From contig NC_042999.1 of assembly GCF_006345805.1 (NCBI RefSeq), positions 47,368,001-47,432,000 of the forward strand: a stretch of DNA of 64,000 bases. The letters run 5' to 3'. Below the pieces are notes generated by a model. The model was not told where the DNA came from. It ran no database searches and saw only the letters and a list, made by a program, of their open reading frames with translations. Source of the DNA: Octopus sinensis. Its lineage: Eukaryota. A program made the position numbers and the translations under genes. Below are positions 63,737 through 64,000 of the stretch, piece after piece. Numbering within the stretch: position 1 is the first letter of the stretch; every line of letters starts with the position of its first letter.

Positions 63737-63804
63737 GTGCTAACGCAGTAGAGCTTGTGCAATTCTTTCTATCGAATGGATTTTCTGTGGATCATTGCGC
63801 GTTG
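63737..63804 (+). CDS. Probable internal coding exon of an ankyrin-repeat protein
   Basis: Acceptor TTTCTCTATATTTTCAG and donor GTAAAG bound a 68-nt phase-1/phase-0 exon. It encodes xANAVELVQFFLSNGFSVDHCAL, matching the ankyrin helix-2 pattern E.V..LL..GA.VD. Confidence 0.55.
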
Positions 63805-63891
63805 GTAAAGGGAACTTTTGGTTTCACCAATTTAACTTCACCACACGCTCTGCACAATGCATACACATGTATATGCACACACGCATATATA

Positions 63892-63949
<58 letters not shown>

Positions 63950-64000
63950 TATATTATATATATATATATATATTTTAATGAGACGGCGTACAAAAATTTC

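Overview
This is AT-rich, microsatellite-dense eukaryotic DNA, mostly intronic or intergenic. The repeat inventory resembles an octopus or other coleoid cephalopod genome, which is an inference from pattern recognition and not a database match. Most ORF-track entries are microsatellite translations. Supported content: a full-length dead mariner (330-1620); a Penelope-like GIY-YIG ORF with a downstream minimal hammerhead ribozyme; a non-autonomous Helitron; a roughly 5-kb decayed Tx1/L1-clade LINE plus a second truncated one; several R4/Dong-type RLE LINE fragments in (AAT)n tracts; at least four tRNA-derived SINE families; several MITE or fold-back elements; and one probable host exon (ankyrin-repeat-like, 63737-63804). 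The most interesting signals are targeting relationships among the elements. A Tx1 LINE and a SINE sharing its 3' tail both sit at the same nucleotide inside the tRNA head of one SINE family. Another SINE's internal microsatellite appears to be a landing pad for kilobases of nested insertions. Candidate hammerhead ribozymes occur with non-canonical cores (G3-C8 swap, U4C). All coordinates were read by eye and decayed element boundaries are approximate.
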